DNA of 64,000 bases. Origin: Octopus bimaculoides. Its lineage: Eukaryota. The notes under the pieces were generated by a model. It was not told where the DNA came from and searched no databases. It worked only from the letters and a program-made list of their open reading frames with translations. The position numbers and the translations under genes are program-made. The DNA lies in contig NC_068981.1 in the NCBI RefSeq assembly GCF_001194135.2, forward strand, positions 37,844,355-37,908,354, in the 5' to 3' direction. This document shows, piece by piece, positions 11,461 through 25,179 of this stretch (within the stretch, counting starts at the first letter, position 1; each line of letters begins with the position of its first letter).

Positions 11461-14400
11461 ACACACTGTTTCCATCTCACCCAATTTTTCTCACAAAGCT
11501 TGAGCCAACATAAAGCTGTGCTAAAAGATACTTGCCCATGGTAGCACACATTGAATTTGAACCCAGAATCTCGTGATTTTAAAGTGAACTTCTTAATTAC
11601 TCATTCAAGCAAGCATTCATTTACTCTATTTTCAGTAAGTACAGTAATATAACATAGCCTTTCCCTAGTTTCCACATTTTTTCCCTAAGTAAATGAGGAT
11701 TGAACAGGTGTAGTTAATGTTTAAACACTTTATTGTGTGGAAACCCCATTGTTGCCAGAAACCTTACACTGCTACATAATTACATTATCTGTTATGCACA
11801 GTTGCCAACATATTCCCTAATGTAGTCATTTTTATCTTTATTACAAAAATGGCTCACATATGAATTTGTACTTACTTCCTCATGTCACTTCTCTCAAAGG
11901 GTTCACTCAAATTAAAATTTAAAATCAGTTTTGCAGAATATTTATTTATACTTCAGTCATTTTCCTAATTAAAAGAAGTTCTCTGTCAGAAAAGTTATCT
12001 TAGATCTAATAAAGCAAACTTCAATTCCTCTTTTATACTCCCATATACATACACAGACATATTTTCTAAATGCTGTTCATCCAGCATACAGAAAGAAATT
12101 ACAGAAACGTTTTTAAATTACTGATTTCTGTTCTATGACTGTAAAAAGAAATATTAATTTCTTTCTTGTTTTTTTTTTTTTTTTTTGAGAAAATTTAGAA
12201 TTTAATCAGGTATTTGTTTAAGAAATTTATTTCAGGTAATCTTTTTCTTTTTATGAATTCCAGTAATTTATCAACTTGATTCATTTCTGATTTCTCTATA
12301 AAACTCTTTCAATTCTTTAAAGTCAATTGATTTTTTTTATTCCCATAATACTAATGTAATTTTTGTATTTCTTTTTTGTAAGTCAGAACTTCTGTTAAAT
12401 GTTTCCATGTATATAGTAACAGTACTTTAAAATAACAAAGGCAGTTAGTATAAATGCATAGCAGCTCTTAGTAAGTTTCACCCAAATCAAAAGAGTTATT
12501 AAAAGATAATGACTAAGTTAAATGGGAATGGCAACAAAAGCATATAACCAATGTTGAAAAAATGTTTAAATTCTTCTAAATGCAGGAAAAGGACATTTTT
12601 GTTTAGCTAAAAGAAGCACTTCAACCAAATCACATGAAATTTTTTAATCGCTTTTTCTGCAAACTTGATTTATGCTGCAACAATTCAGTCACCAAAATTG
12701 GATTGAATAATAAATTTGAATTACACAAAAAGGAAACCGAATTATCAGGCAATATACTTACTCGCTAAGTTTTTTTATCTCTCGTTTCATATCTGTTTTC
12801 TAGCAGCTCTGAAATTGCAAAGAAAAAGTTGTTTACGAGCTTAAAATTTATAATTACCTAGTAAAGTTTTACCTAGATTTCTGTCTCTAAGTACATAAAA
12901 GTAATTTATTATTTTTGCTTCTGTTATCTTGTGGAAGAAGATAATGCCCATAGCCTCTTTCCTCATTTTTAAATTGAAATGTAAAGAAAACAAAATAGAA
13001 TCGGTACGATTGTCATCCAACTTTAACTCTTCCAGGTTAGTATTTGAAGGTGAAAAGACAAGTTGGACTGGAATCTGAGAATAGCAAGCTAGTTTATGAA
13101 CAAGAACTCAGTTTCATAGAGGGATTTTAGAAGGATTTGTTTAGTTTAAGCATTCCAGATTTTTGTTGAATGTACTCCAGAATGTGCATGAAAGATGGGC
13201 ATACCTTAGTGCTGTTACATATAATTTAGGTTAGAATGGCTCGCTGTTGTAGTAGAATGAAGCATTTGATGAACTTCCAGGGTATAATTCAACATTTATT
13301 AAGAAACTTTGGCTATGTGACGGATGCATGAAATCCACCAAGAATAAGAACAAGCTTATTGTTAGTGAGAAATTCAATAAAAGAACTGTTCACTATGCAG
13401 ATGATCATCTCAACACTACTAGCACACACACACACACACACACACACGCCCACAAATGACTGAAACAAATAAAATACAAAAGAATATATATAGGCTGAAC
13501 AGAAAGAATATAGCCATTTGCCCTAGAAGTTACCAAGACCAGATGATGAATAATGAGAGACAAGAGAGAGAGATGGGCTTGAGAGAGGGAATAATGTTGG
13601 AGAGAGAGTGAGGGAGAAAGTAGTGGATGTTAGCAATGAGTCAGAGTCAGGAGTAAATAAGAAAGAAAGGAGAAAGGAGAGAGAGAGAGAGAGAGGAAGA
13701 AATTTTAATAGGAGAGAGTGTCTAAGAATAATTTGTGACAATGAAGATGGATGATGATAAGGGAAAGATATAGATGGAAGCAATATGTTGCCATTCCTCA
13801 TTACACAAGCAACATGAAGGAAGAGGGATATAAAATGATAAAAAAGGTGGCACAGTAATTAGTGAGGGAGTGAGTGTTAATTAATGGAGCAATGAAGAGA
13901 GGTGGAGTGGTACATAGTTATGAATATAGTTGGTGACAGGGAGACCTAATATGAACATAATGGAAGAGAGACCCAAATATAGGTATTATATATTCCAAGC
14001 TCCATCACCAACATATATGGTCTAAATATTTCCCTTATTATATATCATCTAAATATATGTTACTAAGTAGCTAGAACTTATCTACTTCAGAGGCTTAATA
14101 TTCCAATATTTAAAGTTTGTCTTTGTGATTTATGTATGACTGTATTTGTTTTTTCTTTATTCATTTCTTGCAATTAAAAATTCATGACTGGTGTTGTTGT
14201 GTAGTTGTAAGATATTTACCAAGCTTTTCATTGTGATCTGATATAATTACTTCTTAAATGAATGATGGATATTTAACAGCTAAAATAGTTTCAAGTATCG
14301 TTGAGAAAAAGAAAGAAGCATTTTTCAGCTTTATATATTGTAATTCTCAGTTGAAACAGCTATTAAGAATTAGCTGTTCAAATTTAGAGAAACCTGCACT

Positions 14401-16428
14401 CCTGTAACAATGGAGCAAGTAAAACAATGTTTCCATGAGACACTTGAGTTGTAAGCTGTTTACATTAGAAAAGATAGTAGTAGTAAGAGACAAAACCGTT
14501 TATATAAAATACATCTTTTAAGAGAGGTCTTTTAGCCCAGTGAAAGGATTAGTGTTTTAAATACTGTTGATAAATGAAAAAAAAATTGGCAGCTTTATAT
14601 ATTGTAATTCTTAGTTGTAATGACTATTAGAAATTATTTCTTTATTCTCTGACACTCATTTAAAAAATAAAGATGGACAAATTTCTTTTATTCAGTAAAA
14701 TGTTTGATAGTATAATTTAACTTTTTTGTTCACTTCCACTTAACGATGATAATTCTTTGAGTATGTATACAAATGATTTTCCTTTTGCAGATTTTTATCC
14801 TTTATTCTACATGTTAATGATTTTGATCCTTCTGAATATTTAAATGTCTGTGAGTATAATAATGTTTAAAATCATTCATTGTTATTTACTGAGATGTTAC
14901 TTCACAAAGAATTAAGCATCTTTATATAGTTGAAAGATGTAAGGACTGAATAAGATTCAGTCCATTGAATATAGAGAAAGAGGAGCTGCAGTTCAGTTTT
15001 CCATACAAATGCAAGGCAAGAAATAATGCTCTACAATAAAATAAAAGGGATGTAGCACTGTACACAATTTACAGATTAATCCAAGATCAGTAAACGTGGC
15101 ATGGTAGTAGTTGGTGAGATTGTGTATTAAATAGTTTGTATGTGAAAATAGTGTAGTCAAAAGTTTCAGAAGAGCAATGAAATTTAATTGAAAATAAAGC
15201 ACAATGACAATTGAATGCCTAAATGAGAAAATGACTTGCAGAGCTTTATTCTGTTGCTGAGAATAGCAAGAAAGAAAAACACGGTGTGAATAGCATGAAC
15301 AAGCAAGCCACCATGGATCAGTTTGAATGTTGCCATGTACTAGAAAGAGAGCCTCAATATGTTCACTTAAACTACTAGAAATCCAACTCAAAACATACAT
15401 GTTTGTCCTAAGAATGGCAGAATGAGATAATGTAGTTCTGGATGTATTATATCTGAAAATAGAAAGATGAGGTGGTCATGGTGTAAATGCCTGTGACTCC
15501 AGGTCTGCTTGCATTTGGTAGAATTAGGATTAATTATTAACGATAGTATTTCATCTTTGTACGAGACAATCATCAAAACTTATTTTTTATCAATTTTCTG
15601 TATTTCTCTCTCGTTTTACCCACAATATAAATGGTTACTGAGTGCAGAACCCTCTGCACAGAATGACAATCATTTGAAATTTTGAAATTAATTAAATATA
15701 TACACTATCATATTTCTATCTCTTATAGTTGTACATGCAACTTTCCCAAGGTACTTATTTATCACCATGTTGACTAATCTACTGAGAGATAAGTCTAATT
15801 GCTCAGAAAATTGTAGTGCAGAGAATATCAACAGTTGACTCTTCTGCCAGCAGGCTGACTTGCAAACTAACAGTTTGTGAGTGTCTGACACTTTTCATTG
15901 TAATGTTCACGAACTTTTAGAATAGATATAAATACCCAAAACAGCAACAGACCAAGATAAATACAAGGGATTGAGTTTATGTGTATATTCTCATATACTT
16001 GTTTTCTTGTGTGATACAGTAAACAATATGTTCCATAACTCATGACCCATTTCCTTTGCTATTGACCTGTTTTTCACTAATCTTTTCTCTGGTAGATGCT
16101 TCTTTACATATGCTGAAATACTGAAGGCAGCTATCTTATTGTCAATAGATTTAGACATTTCCTTCATTCTCCCCACCAATCTACTATGCACCACCTACCA
16201 AGCCATGACTTGTGTTCCTCAAACACTGCATCCATCTCAGTTCCCATCATACTAGAGATACCCAACTATGAGGACATATTAATTTATATGAAAACAGGTG
16301 ATGGTTGGTGACAGGGAGGACATCTGACAGTGGAAAATTTGTTTCAATAAATTCCATCCAACTGAAGAAATGATGGCAAACAGACCTTAAAATGATTATA
16401 TATATACATATGTGTGTGCGTGTGTGTG

Positions 16429-16485
<57 letters not shown>

Positions 16486-16517
16486 CATCAGTTAAAATCC
16501 AGAAGTGAGAAATAAAA

Positions 16518-16705
16518 AGTATTTTGTTTTGTATAATAACAGCTGTTTCATAATCAACGTTCATTTGCATCCTTGATGCTGATTTTAAATTGCTTACCAA
16601 TTGTATATACATCACATTCACCTTATACACTTTTGTGCATCAGCATCGATGATCGAACTGAATGTTGATTATGAAGCAGCTATAAACATACAGAATAAAA
16701 TATTG
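16518..16705. repeat. Imperfect inverted repeat (arms about 66 bp, spacer about 55 bp)
   Basis: agctgtttcataatcaacgttcatttgcatccttgatgctgat versus atcagcatcgatgatcgaactgaatgttgattatgaagcagct. Confidence 0.75.
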
Positions 16706-17295
16706 TATATTTTTCAATTGATTAGTATTATACAATAGTGTTTCTTGAATCTTTTCATGCAGGATGGCGTTAAATTGCACCCTAAACTTAATTACTCTGT
16801 TACCTGATAGTTGGACTCTCTGCAAAGTGCTTATAATGAGTTCCACTCGAGTCTTTGAACCGTTCTTTCTATTTGTCTCTTTCTCTTATATATATATATA
16901 TGGTTGGATGGATGGATGGAAACATGTGGATGTCAGTTTGAAAATGTATGGAAAATGAATACTGTTTTTACTGAAAGTTTCTGTTATATTTAAGGAAAAA
17001 TACACCAACCTCTCACAATATTTCAAAGAGAAAATTGTATAAGAGAAGAGAGTATGGAATCTGATTGCAAATCAGCCAAAGTGGTTTAAACTAAGATACT
17101 ATATCATTCAGTTTTCAAAATACATCTATCAGTGCATATCCTTCACCAACCTACATCACAATAGCCATTGTAGCTTTCAGTTGAGATAGAAATCTAATTT
17201 TACCTCAAACACCCTCCACCTATAAGCAAAAAAGAACAAAAAATACTTGAAAAGATACACAACCAAACACACACACACAGACTCACGTGCATGTC

Positions 17296-17334
<39 letters not shown>

Positions 17335-18120
17335 NNNNNNNNNNNNNNNNNNNNNNNNNNNNNNNNNNNNNNNNNNNNNNNNNNNNNNNNNNNNNNNNNN
17401 NNNNNNNNNNNNNNNNNNNNNNNNNNNNNNNNNNNNNNNNNNNNNNNNNNNNNNNNNNNNNNNNNNNNNNNNNNNNNNNNNNNNNNNNNNNNNNNNNNNN
17501 NNNNNNNNNNNNNNNNNNNNNNNNNNNNNNNNNNNNNNNNNNNNNNNNNNNNNNNNNNNNNNNNNNNNNNNNNNNNNNNNNNNNNNNNNNNNNNNNNNNN
17601 NNNNNNNNNNNNNNNNNNNNNNNNNNNNNNNNNNNNNNNNNNNNNNNNNNNNNNNNNNNNNNNNNNNNNNNNNNNNNNNNNNNNNNNNNNNNNNNNNNNN
17701 NNNNNNNNNNNNNNNNNNNNNNNNNNNNNNNNNNNNNNNNNNNNNNNNNNNNNNNNNNNNNNNNNNNNNNNNNNNNNNNNNNNNNNNNNNNNNNNNNNNN
17801 NNNNNNNNNNNNNNNNNNNNNNNNNNNNNNNNNNNNNNNNNNNNNNNNNNNNNNNNNNNNNNNNNNNNNNNNNNNNNNNNNNNNNNNNNNNNNNNNNNNN
17901 NNNNNNNNNNNNNNNNNNNNNNNNNNNNNNNNNNNNNNNNNNNNNNNNNNNNNNNNNNNNNNNNNNNNNNNNNNNNNNNNNNNNNNNNNNNNNNNNNNNN
18001 NNNNNNNNNNNNNNNNNNNNNNNNNNNNNNNNNNNNNNNNNNNNNNNNNNNNNNNNNNNNNNNNNNNNNNNNNNNNNNNNNNNNNNNNNNNNNNNNNNNN
18101 NNNNNNNNNNNNNNNNNNNN

Positions 18121-18181
<61 letters not shown>

Positions 18182-19971
18182 ATATGTATATATATATACA
18201 CACACACACGTATACACATATATACTTATATATACACACACACACATATATATATATGGCATGTATGTATAATGAGTGTATGTGTGTATGTGTGTATACA
18301 CACATAAGGGTCTTCTATGTAGTAAGAGTGTCATTTGTCTCCAGTAGCTATTACATGGAGCCAGCTAGTGGCATGACAAGGGGAGCCATTACAAAATGCA
18401 GCTAAATCTTGGAGAAGGCTCGGCTCTAGCATATGAAATGGGAATATAAATTGAGCATAGAAGTGTAAAAGAAATAAAGAAAGAAACAACATAAGCAACA
18501 TCATGTAAGACGGAAGGAAAGCTTCTGTGTATTAAAATGAAGAGAAATGAAAATAAAGTATAAAAAAAAAAAAAAGAAATCTACAAAAGAATAAAGAAGA
18601 AAAAATTACAAAATGGAATGTCCCACAATATGGACACTATGGATGAGGGGGTGGGGATACAGAAGTGAAGAATGGAGTAAAAAAGAAAATAGAAAAAGGA
18701 CTATAAAATCCAAGAAACAAGCAAAGAGAAATATAAAATGTGCTGAAGATTTAGAATAAAAAATAATCAAATAGAACGAGGCATATGACTTGAGGTAGTA
18801 GTGGTAGTAGCAGCAGCAGCAGCAACAGCATTTGTAGTGTTTGTTGTTGTTGTTGGTAGTGGTGGTGGTGTAAGCAGTGTAGGCTATGACTGTGGTGGTG
18901 ATGGTTGTTGGTGTGGTGGTGATGGTGGTGGTGGTGGTGCTGATGGTGGTGGTGGTGGTGGTGTAGGCAATGTAGGCTATGATTGTGGTGGTGATGGTTG
19001 TTGTTGTTGTTGTGATGGTGGTGCTGATGTTGTTGTTGTTGTTNNNNNNNNNNNNNNNNNNNNNNNNNNNNNNNNNNNNNNNNNNNNNNNNNNNNNNNNN
19101 NNNNNNNNNNNNNNNNNNNNNNNNNNNNNNNNNNNNNNNNNNNNNNNNNNNNNNNNNNNNNNNNNNNNNNNNNNNNNNNNNNNNNNNNNNNNNNNNNNNN
19201 NNNNNNNNNNNNNNNNNNNNNNNNNNNNNNNNNNNNNNNNNNNNNNNNNNNNNNNNNNNNNNNNNNNNNNNNNNNNNGTGGTGGTGGTGGTGGTGGTTGT
19301 AGTGGTACTGATGGTGGTGGCACAGCATTGTTGTTGTTGATATTGATGATGTTAGTGTTGCATAGATAGTGGTAGTAGTAGTAGTAGTAGGGGTAGTTGT
19401 GATGGTATTGGTAGTGATATTTGTATTGATGATTGCAGGTATAGATGACATTGATGGTATTGACGGTATAATTGCATTGATGATGACGACAAGGATGATG
19501 ATGATAATGATGGTGATGGTGATGGTGGTGGTGGTGGTGGTGGTGGTGGTGGTGGTCATCATTGACGTCATTGTCATGAGAGAGTAGGTATACATTGATG
19601 GTAGAAGAAGGTATGGATAATTTTGGTGACATAGTTGGTGGTGGTTCTAATGGCATTGATGGTTGGGGTGGCACAGGTGAAGCTGGTAGTGTTGATGGTG
19701 GTAATGGTATATAGATAGTTGTTTATAATGATGGTGGTGATGGTGATGGTGATGCTAGTGCTGGTTGTGGCAGTGATGGTTTTAGTCATAGTGGAAGCTG
19801 CAGCAGGGGTTGTGGTGGTGATGGTGGTGGTGATGATGGTGAAAGTACTGATGGTTGTGGTAATGGTATATAGATAGTTGATTATGATGGTGATGGTGGT
19901 AGTGGTGGTGGTGGTGGTGGTTCTGATGGTGGCGATGGTGATCATGACACTGGTTGTGATTGTGGTGGTTC

Positions 19972-20002
<31 letters not shown>

Positions 20003-21662
20003 GATGATGGTGGTGGTTCTGGTTGTTCTGCTGGTGGTGGTACTGGTTCTGAAAGAGGTGGTGGTAGTAATAGTGTTGCTGGTTGTGTTTGTGGTGATGG
20101 GGGTGGTGCCAGCGGTTCTGGTGGTGGTAGTGGTGGTGGCAGTGCTGAGCTGAGCTGAGGGGGGGTATAGAGTTCTGGTGGTAGTAGTGGTGGCACTGGA
20201 GGGAGGAGGATGGTGATAGAAAAAAAAGCATTAGAAAACTGTAGCTGGTCCATCCAGTCTTGTAGAAAGCTAACACTGAATAGCTCAGTGAAGTGTATAA
20301 AAGGCAGACAAGAAGAATTGATTCTCCCACATCACCTCCAATACAATATGCTAAGAAGATGCTTTACCATTTTCCTCCCTTGATTCTTTTCTTTTCTCTC
20401 TTTCTCTCTCTCTTTCTCTCCCTCTCTTTCTCTCTCCCTCTCTTTCTCTCTCTCTCTCTCTTTCTCTATAATATAACATATCAGGATACAAACATACAAA
20501 CAGAAGATATAATATAATGAGTTGAAATATACCTAAAACTATATAAAATACAAGTATATATTTTAATAGCTAGATTTGTTTGTTCATATGTGCATGTTAA
20601 TATTGTTAACAGGGAAAGAAAATATGGGCATTTGTAATGATGAGAATGGGTTTTGTGTAAGTGTATGTGCATGTGTATGTGTGCATATGTGAGTGTGCAG
20701 ATATGTATTACAGTCAAACATACACAAACTGATACATATTTACCTATATGTATGAAGTTGGTTTCTATATATATAAAAGCTAGTTCATATATATATATAT
20801 ATATGGGTGTGTGTATATANNNNNNNNNNNNNNNNNNNNNNNNNNNNNNNNNNNNNNNNNNNNNNNNNNNNNNNNNNNNNNNNNNNNNNNNNNNNNNNNN
20901 NNNNNNNNNNNNNNNNNNNNNNNNNNNNNNNNNNNNNNNNNNNNNNNNNNNNNNNNNNNNNNNNNNNNNNNNNNNNNNNNNNNNNNNNNNNNNNNNNNNN
21001 NNNNNNNNNNNNNNNNNNNNNNNNNNNNNNNNNNNNNNNNNNNNNNNNNNNNNNNNNNNNNNNNNNNNNNNNNNNNNNNNNNNNNNNNNNNNNNNNNNNN
21101 NNNNNNNNNNNNNNNNNNNNNNNNNNNNNNNNNNNNNNNNNNNNNNNNNNNNNNNNNNNNNNNNNNNNNNNNNNNNNNNNNNNNNNNNNNNNNNNNNNNN
21201 NNNNNNNNNNNNNNNNNNNNNNNNNNNNNNNNNNNNNNNNNNNNNNNNNNNNNNNNNNNNNNNNNNNNNNNNNNNNNNNNNNNNNNNNNNNNNNNNNNNN
21301 NNNNNNNNNNNNNNNNNNNNNNNNNNNNNNNNNNNNNNNNNNNNNNNNNNNNNNNNNNNNNNNNNNNNNNNNNNNNNNNNNNNNNNNNNNNNNNNNNNNN
21401 NNNNNNNNNNNNNNNNNNNNNNNNNNNNNNNNNNNNNNNNNNNNNNNNNNNNNNNNNNNNNNNNNNNNNNNNNNNNNNNNNNNNNNNNNNNNNNNNNNNN
21501 NNNNNNNNNNNNNNNNNNNNNNNNNNNNNNNNNNNNNNNNNNNNNNNNNNNNNNNNNNNNNNNNNNNNNNNNNNNNNNNNNNNNNNNNNNNNNNNNNNNN
21601 NNNNNNNNNNNNNNNNNNNNNNNNNNNNNNNNNNNNNNNNNNNNNNNNNNNNNNNNNNNNNN

Positions 21663-21719
<57 letters not shown>

Positions 21720-22333
21720 ATATATGCGTGTGTATGTATGTATATATGCATGTGTATGTATATGCAAACACGAACATATACTCACACGCACATACACACA
21801 CACAGTTGTTTGTTAAATACAGATCTTTTACATAAATGCACATTCAACTGAGTTGAACCCAGTATATTACTGATTCGTATTACATTAGATCCAGAGTAAT
21901 GAAGAAGCAGACTGAACTCCAGGCCTTTTAAATTGTGAAGCTGTGGGTGAAGCTGTATACTGCCATGCATTTAATCCAATGCTCACCTCTGTTAGTTTTG
22001 TGTGACACCCCTAGTTATTAAAATGTCATATATGAATATATATATATATATATATACATATATACATATATATATATATATGTATATATATAGAGAGAGT
22101 TACATAATAATAGGAATATGGAAATGTAGATATATTTATGGAACCATAAGGAACATACAAATATTACATATCTATTGTGTGCTTTGCAACAATCAGAAAT
22201 AGAAGTATGTGCGTATGAATAGCAATGTGAATTGGTTTTTATGTGTTTTTATGCACATCAATCTTATTTCAGTAACGTTTTATGTGTGCATGTGTGTGTG
22301 TGCAAGTGTGTATGTATATGTAAGTGTGTATGT

Positions 22334-22378
<45 letters not shown>

Positions 22379-23139
22379 NNNNNNNNNNNNNNNNNNNNNN
22401 NNNNNNNNNNNNNNNNNNNNNNNNNNNNNNNNNNNNNNNNNNNNNNNNNNNNNNNNNNNNNNNNNNNNNNNNNNNNNNNNNNNNNNNNNNNNNNNNNNNN
22501 NNNNNNNNNNNNNNNNNNNNNNNNNNNNNNNNNNNNNNNNNNNNNNNNNNNNNNNNNNNNNNNNNNNNNNNNNNNNNNNNNNNNNNNNNNNNNNNNNNNN
22601 NNNNNNNNNNNNNNNNNNNNNNNNNNNNNNNNNNNNNNNNNNNNNNNNNNNNNNNNNNNNNNNNNNNNNNNNNNNNNNNNNNNNNNNNNNNNNNNNNNNN
22701 NNNNNNNNNNNNNNNNNNNNNNNNNNNNNNNNNNNNNNNNNNNNNNNNNNNNNNNNNNNNNNNNNNNNNNNNNNNNNNNNNNNNNNNNNNNNNNNNNNNN
22801 NNNNNNNNNNNNNNNNNNNNNNNNNNNNNNNNNNNNNNNNNNNNNNNNNNNNNNNNNNNNNNNNNNNNNNNNNNNNNNNNNNNNNNNNNNNNNNNNNNNN
22901 NNNNNNNNNNNNNNNNNNNNNNNNNNNNNNNNNNNNNNNNNNNNNNNNNNNNNNNNNNNNNNNNNNNNNNNNNNNNNNNNNNNNNNNNNNNNNNNNNNNN
23001 NNNNNNNNNNNNNNNNNNNNNNNNNNNNNNNNNNNNNNNNNNNNNNNNNNNNNNNNNNNNNNNNNNNNNNNNNNNNNNNNNNNNNNNNNNNNNNNNNNNN
23101 NNNNNNNNNNNNNNNNNNNNNNNNNNNNNNNNNNNNNNN
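17335..23139. other. Cluster of assembly gaps (about 17335-18120, 19044-19277, 20820-21661, 22379-23139); more near 4669, 8557, 26404, 30363, 35769, 42039, 46865, 48133 and 61958
   Basis: N runs, most of them bounded by microsatellites; all long X-containing ORFs are artefacts. Confidence 0.98.
18795..20215. repeat. Mosaic of (GGT)/(GAT)/(TAG)/(GTT) trinucleotide repeats with internal duplications
   Basis: Seen directly; every frame gives low-complexity peptides. Confidence 0.9.
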
Positions 23140-23244
23140 TATATATGTGTGTGTGTGTGTGTATGTGTGTGTGTGTGTGCATATATATATATACACACAC
23201 ACATATATATACATACATGCATATATATATATATATATGTAGCT

Positions 23245-24200
23245 TCATCATCATCATCCTTTAACGTCTGTTTCCCATGCTGGCATGAGTTGGACGGTTT
23301 AACTGAGGTCTGGAGAGCCAGCGGCTGTACCAGGCTCCAATCTGATCTGGTAATGTTTCTAGAGTTGGATGTCTTTCCTAATGCTAACCACTCCAAGAGT
23401 GTAGTGGGTGCTTTTTACATGTGACTGGCACAGGAGCCAGTCAGTGGGTACTGGCATCGGCCACATTCAGATAGTACTTTTTATGTCCCACCAACATGGA
23501 AACCAGTCAGGTAGCCGTAGCATCGATCATGTTTGGATAGTGCTTTTTACATGCCGCTGGCATGGGAGCCAGTCAGAGGGTACTGGCATTGGCAACATTC
23601 AAATAGTGCTTTTTACGTACCACCGGCACAGGAGCCAGTATTGCAGACCTGGCATCGACCATGTTCGGATGGTGCTTTTTACATGTCACCAGCAAGGGAG
23701 CCAGTCAGGTGACATTAGCATTGACCACATTCAGATGATGCATTTTAGGTGCCACTGGGACAGGAGCCAGTTAGGGGGCACTGGCCATAGCAACGATTTT
23801 GGTTTTACTTGGTTCAACAGGTTTTCTCAAGCATATCATATCATATCGCCCGATGCATCAAGGGTACTCTTAAATGAGCTGGTCATGGCTGTGATCTCAC
23901 TTTAGTTGCTGGGTCTTCTCAATCACAGCATATCTCCAAAGGTTTTGGTCTCCTGTCATTACCTCGGTGAGGCCCAATTTTCGAAGGTCATGCTTCACCA
24001 TCTCATCCCATGTCTTCCTGGGTCTACCTCTTCCACAGGTTCTTTCCACAGTTAGGGTGTGGCACTTCCTCACACAGCTGTCCTCGTCCATATGTAACAC
24101 ATGACCATAGCATTGCAGTCGTCTCTCTTGCACACCACATTTGATGCTTCTTATGTCCAACTTTTCTCTCAGGGTGCTCACACTCTGTCATGTATGCACA
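23245..24200 (-). mobile_element. 5'-truncated RTE-clade LINE: ORF C-terminus, 3' UTR with tandem array, (ATG)n tail
   Basis: ORF 23897-24181 ...RRLQCYGHVLHMDEDSCVRKC...GRGRPRKTWDEMVKHDLRKLGL...LWRYAV is the typical RTE C-terminus and runs without a break into the repeat seen elsewhere as short copies. Confidence 0.9.
23405..23790 (-). repeat. Tandem array, 6 x 66 bp, in the RTE 3' UTR
   Basis: Anchor c(t/a)tttta at 23411, 23477, 23543, 23609, 23675 and 23741. Confidence 0.9.
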
Positions 24201-24230
24201 CTGACATTACACATCCAACGGATGTATGTA

Positions 24231-24278
<48 letters not shown>

Positions 24279-25087
24279 CACACACACACACACACATACA
24301 TCTTGCAAAACATAAAATACTATATTCTGGTCTAGAAAGCCTTTGATCCTAGATTGACTTAAGCATTATGATCTGACCAACTTGGCTGATCAAATCATAC
24401 CTTGCTTTTTGAAGTGACTTTTAAATCTAGAATATTGAAATATAAATCAAAAGTTATAGACTGTTGTTTTTTTTTTCAGTCCTTTATTTCCAATATATGT
24501 TTTTAACTCTACAATGCTTCATATAAACTATATTATTCTAGAATTGGCCAGCTCTTCCTCAACACATCGTGTCCTTAAGGAAAGCACTTGATTTCAAATT
24601 GCTTCTCATCACTGATTTCTGTGAAAGCTATTATGGTTGGAAATTTTGGTCCAGGGCTTTTAGTCATTGCTGAGATGAACAAATCAGAATGAAACACTGT
24701 ATATATGGAACCACTAGTGCTCTGAGTGAAGCCCTATGTTTTTAAAACACTTCTCTCTTTGAAATATTTCTCTGAAGTAAAATATCATTTAGTGCTGTTC
24801 CACATTTGTATACACATTGTGTTTTGTTCCACTAATGTTGAGTAAAGAATTATTATCTAAATTACTTAGACAATAGACACAACCCTGATATATAACTGAA
24901 GTAATATTTAATATAATTAAATCTAAAATATAAGGGGAAGTCACCCTGATTTTTAGCAAGTAAGTACAGTCATATTTTACATCATAAATAAAGTATATTT
25001 CTGAAACATTCAAAAATTACTAATGAAGGTACAGGTTTCTCATGAATGAATATCTTTTTAACATTTCTGCACAAAATGTCATTCCAG

Positions 25088-25179
25088 GTTATCAGTGCAA
25101 TAGACCCATTGTCAGTGATCATGGAACAGGAAGAGATGTTCATAATGTTTATGTCCAGACTGCGTATACTATATTTATG
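25088..25179 (+). CDS. Candidate internal exon of an unidentified gene
   Basis: attccag|GTT...TTTATG|gtatga; two of three frames are open and both splice in frame to the candidate exon at 25533. No homology recognised. Confidence 0.2.

Noticed and set aside
11950-12460. Minus-strand coding-like stretch (WKHLTEVLTYKKEIQKLH*...KLLEFIKRKRLPEINF) followed by poly-A
   Set aside because: Two in-frame stops and no recognisable homology; cannot be called a pseudogene without a search.
14400-15560. Possible decayed hAT/piggyBac transposase
   Set aside because: Only a vague CxxHNLQ-like resemblance; no TIRs or catalytic motifs found.
19942-20253. Proline-rich 103-aa ORF
   Set aside because: Product of the (CCA)n mosaic; no splice or codon evidence.
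17177-23424. 300-440 aa ORFs in the ORF track
   Set aside because: They run through N gaps and microsatellites (X, YI, HT, CV runs); artefacts.
23405-23790. Regularly spaced repeat resembling a CRISPR array
   Set aside because: The whole 66-bp unit is repeated with no unique spacers, there are no cas genes, and it lies in a eukaryotic LINE 3' UTR.
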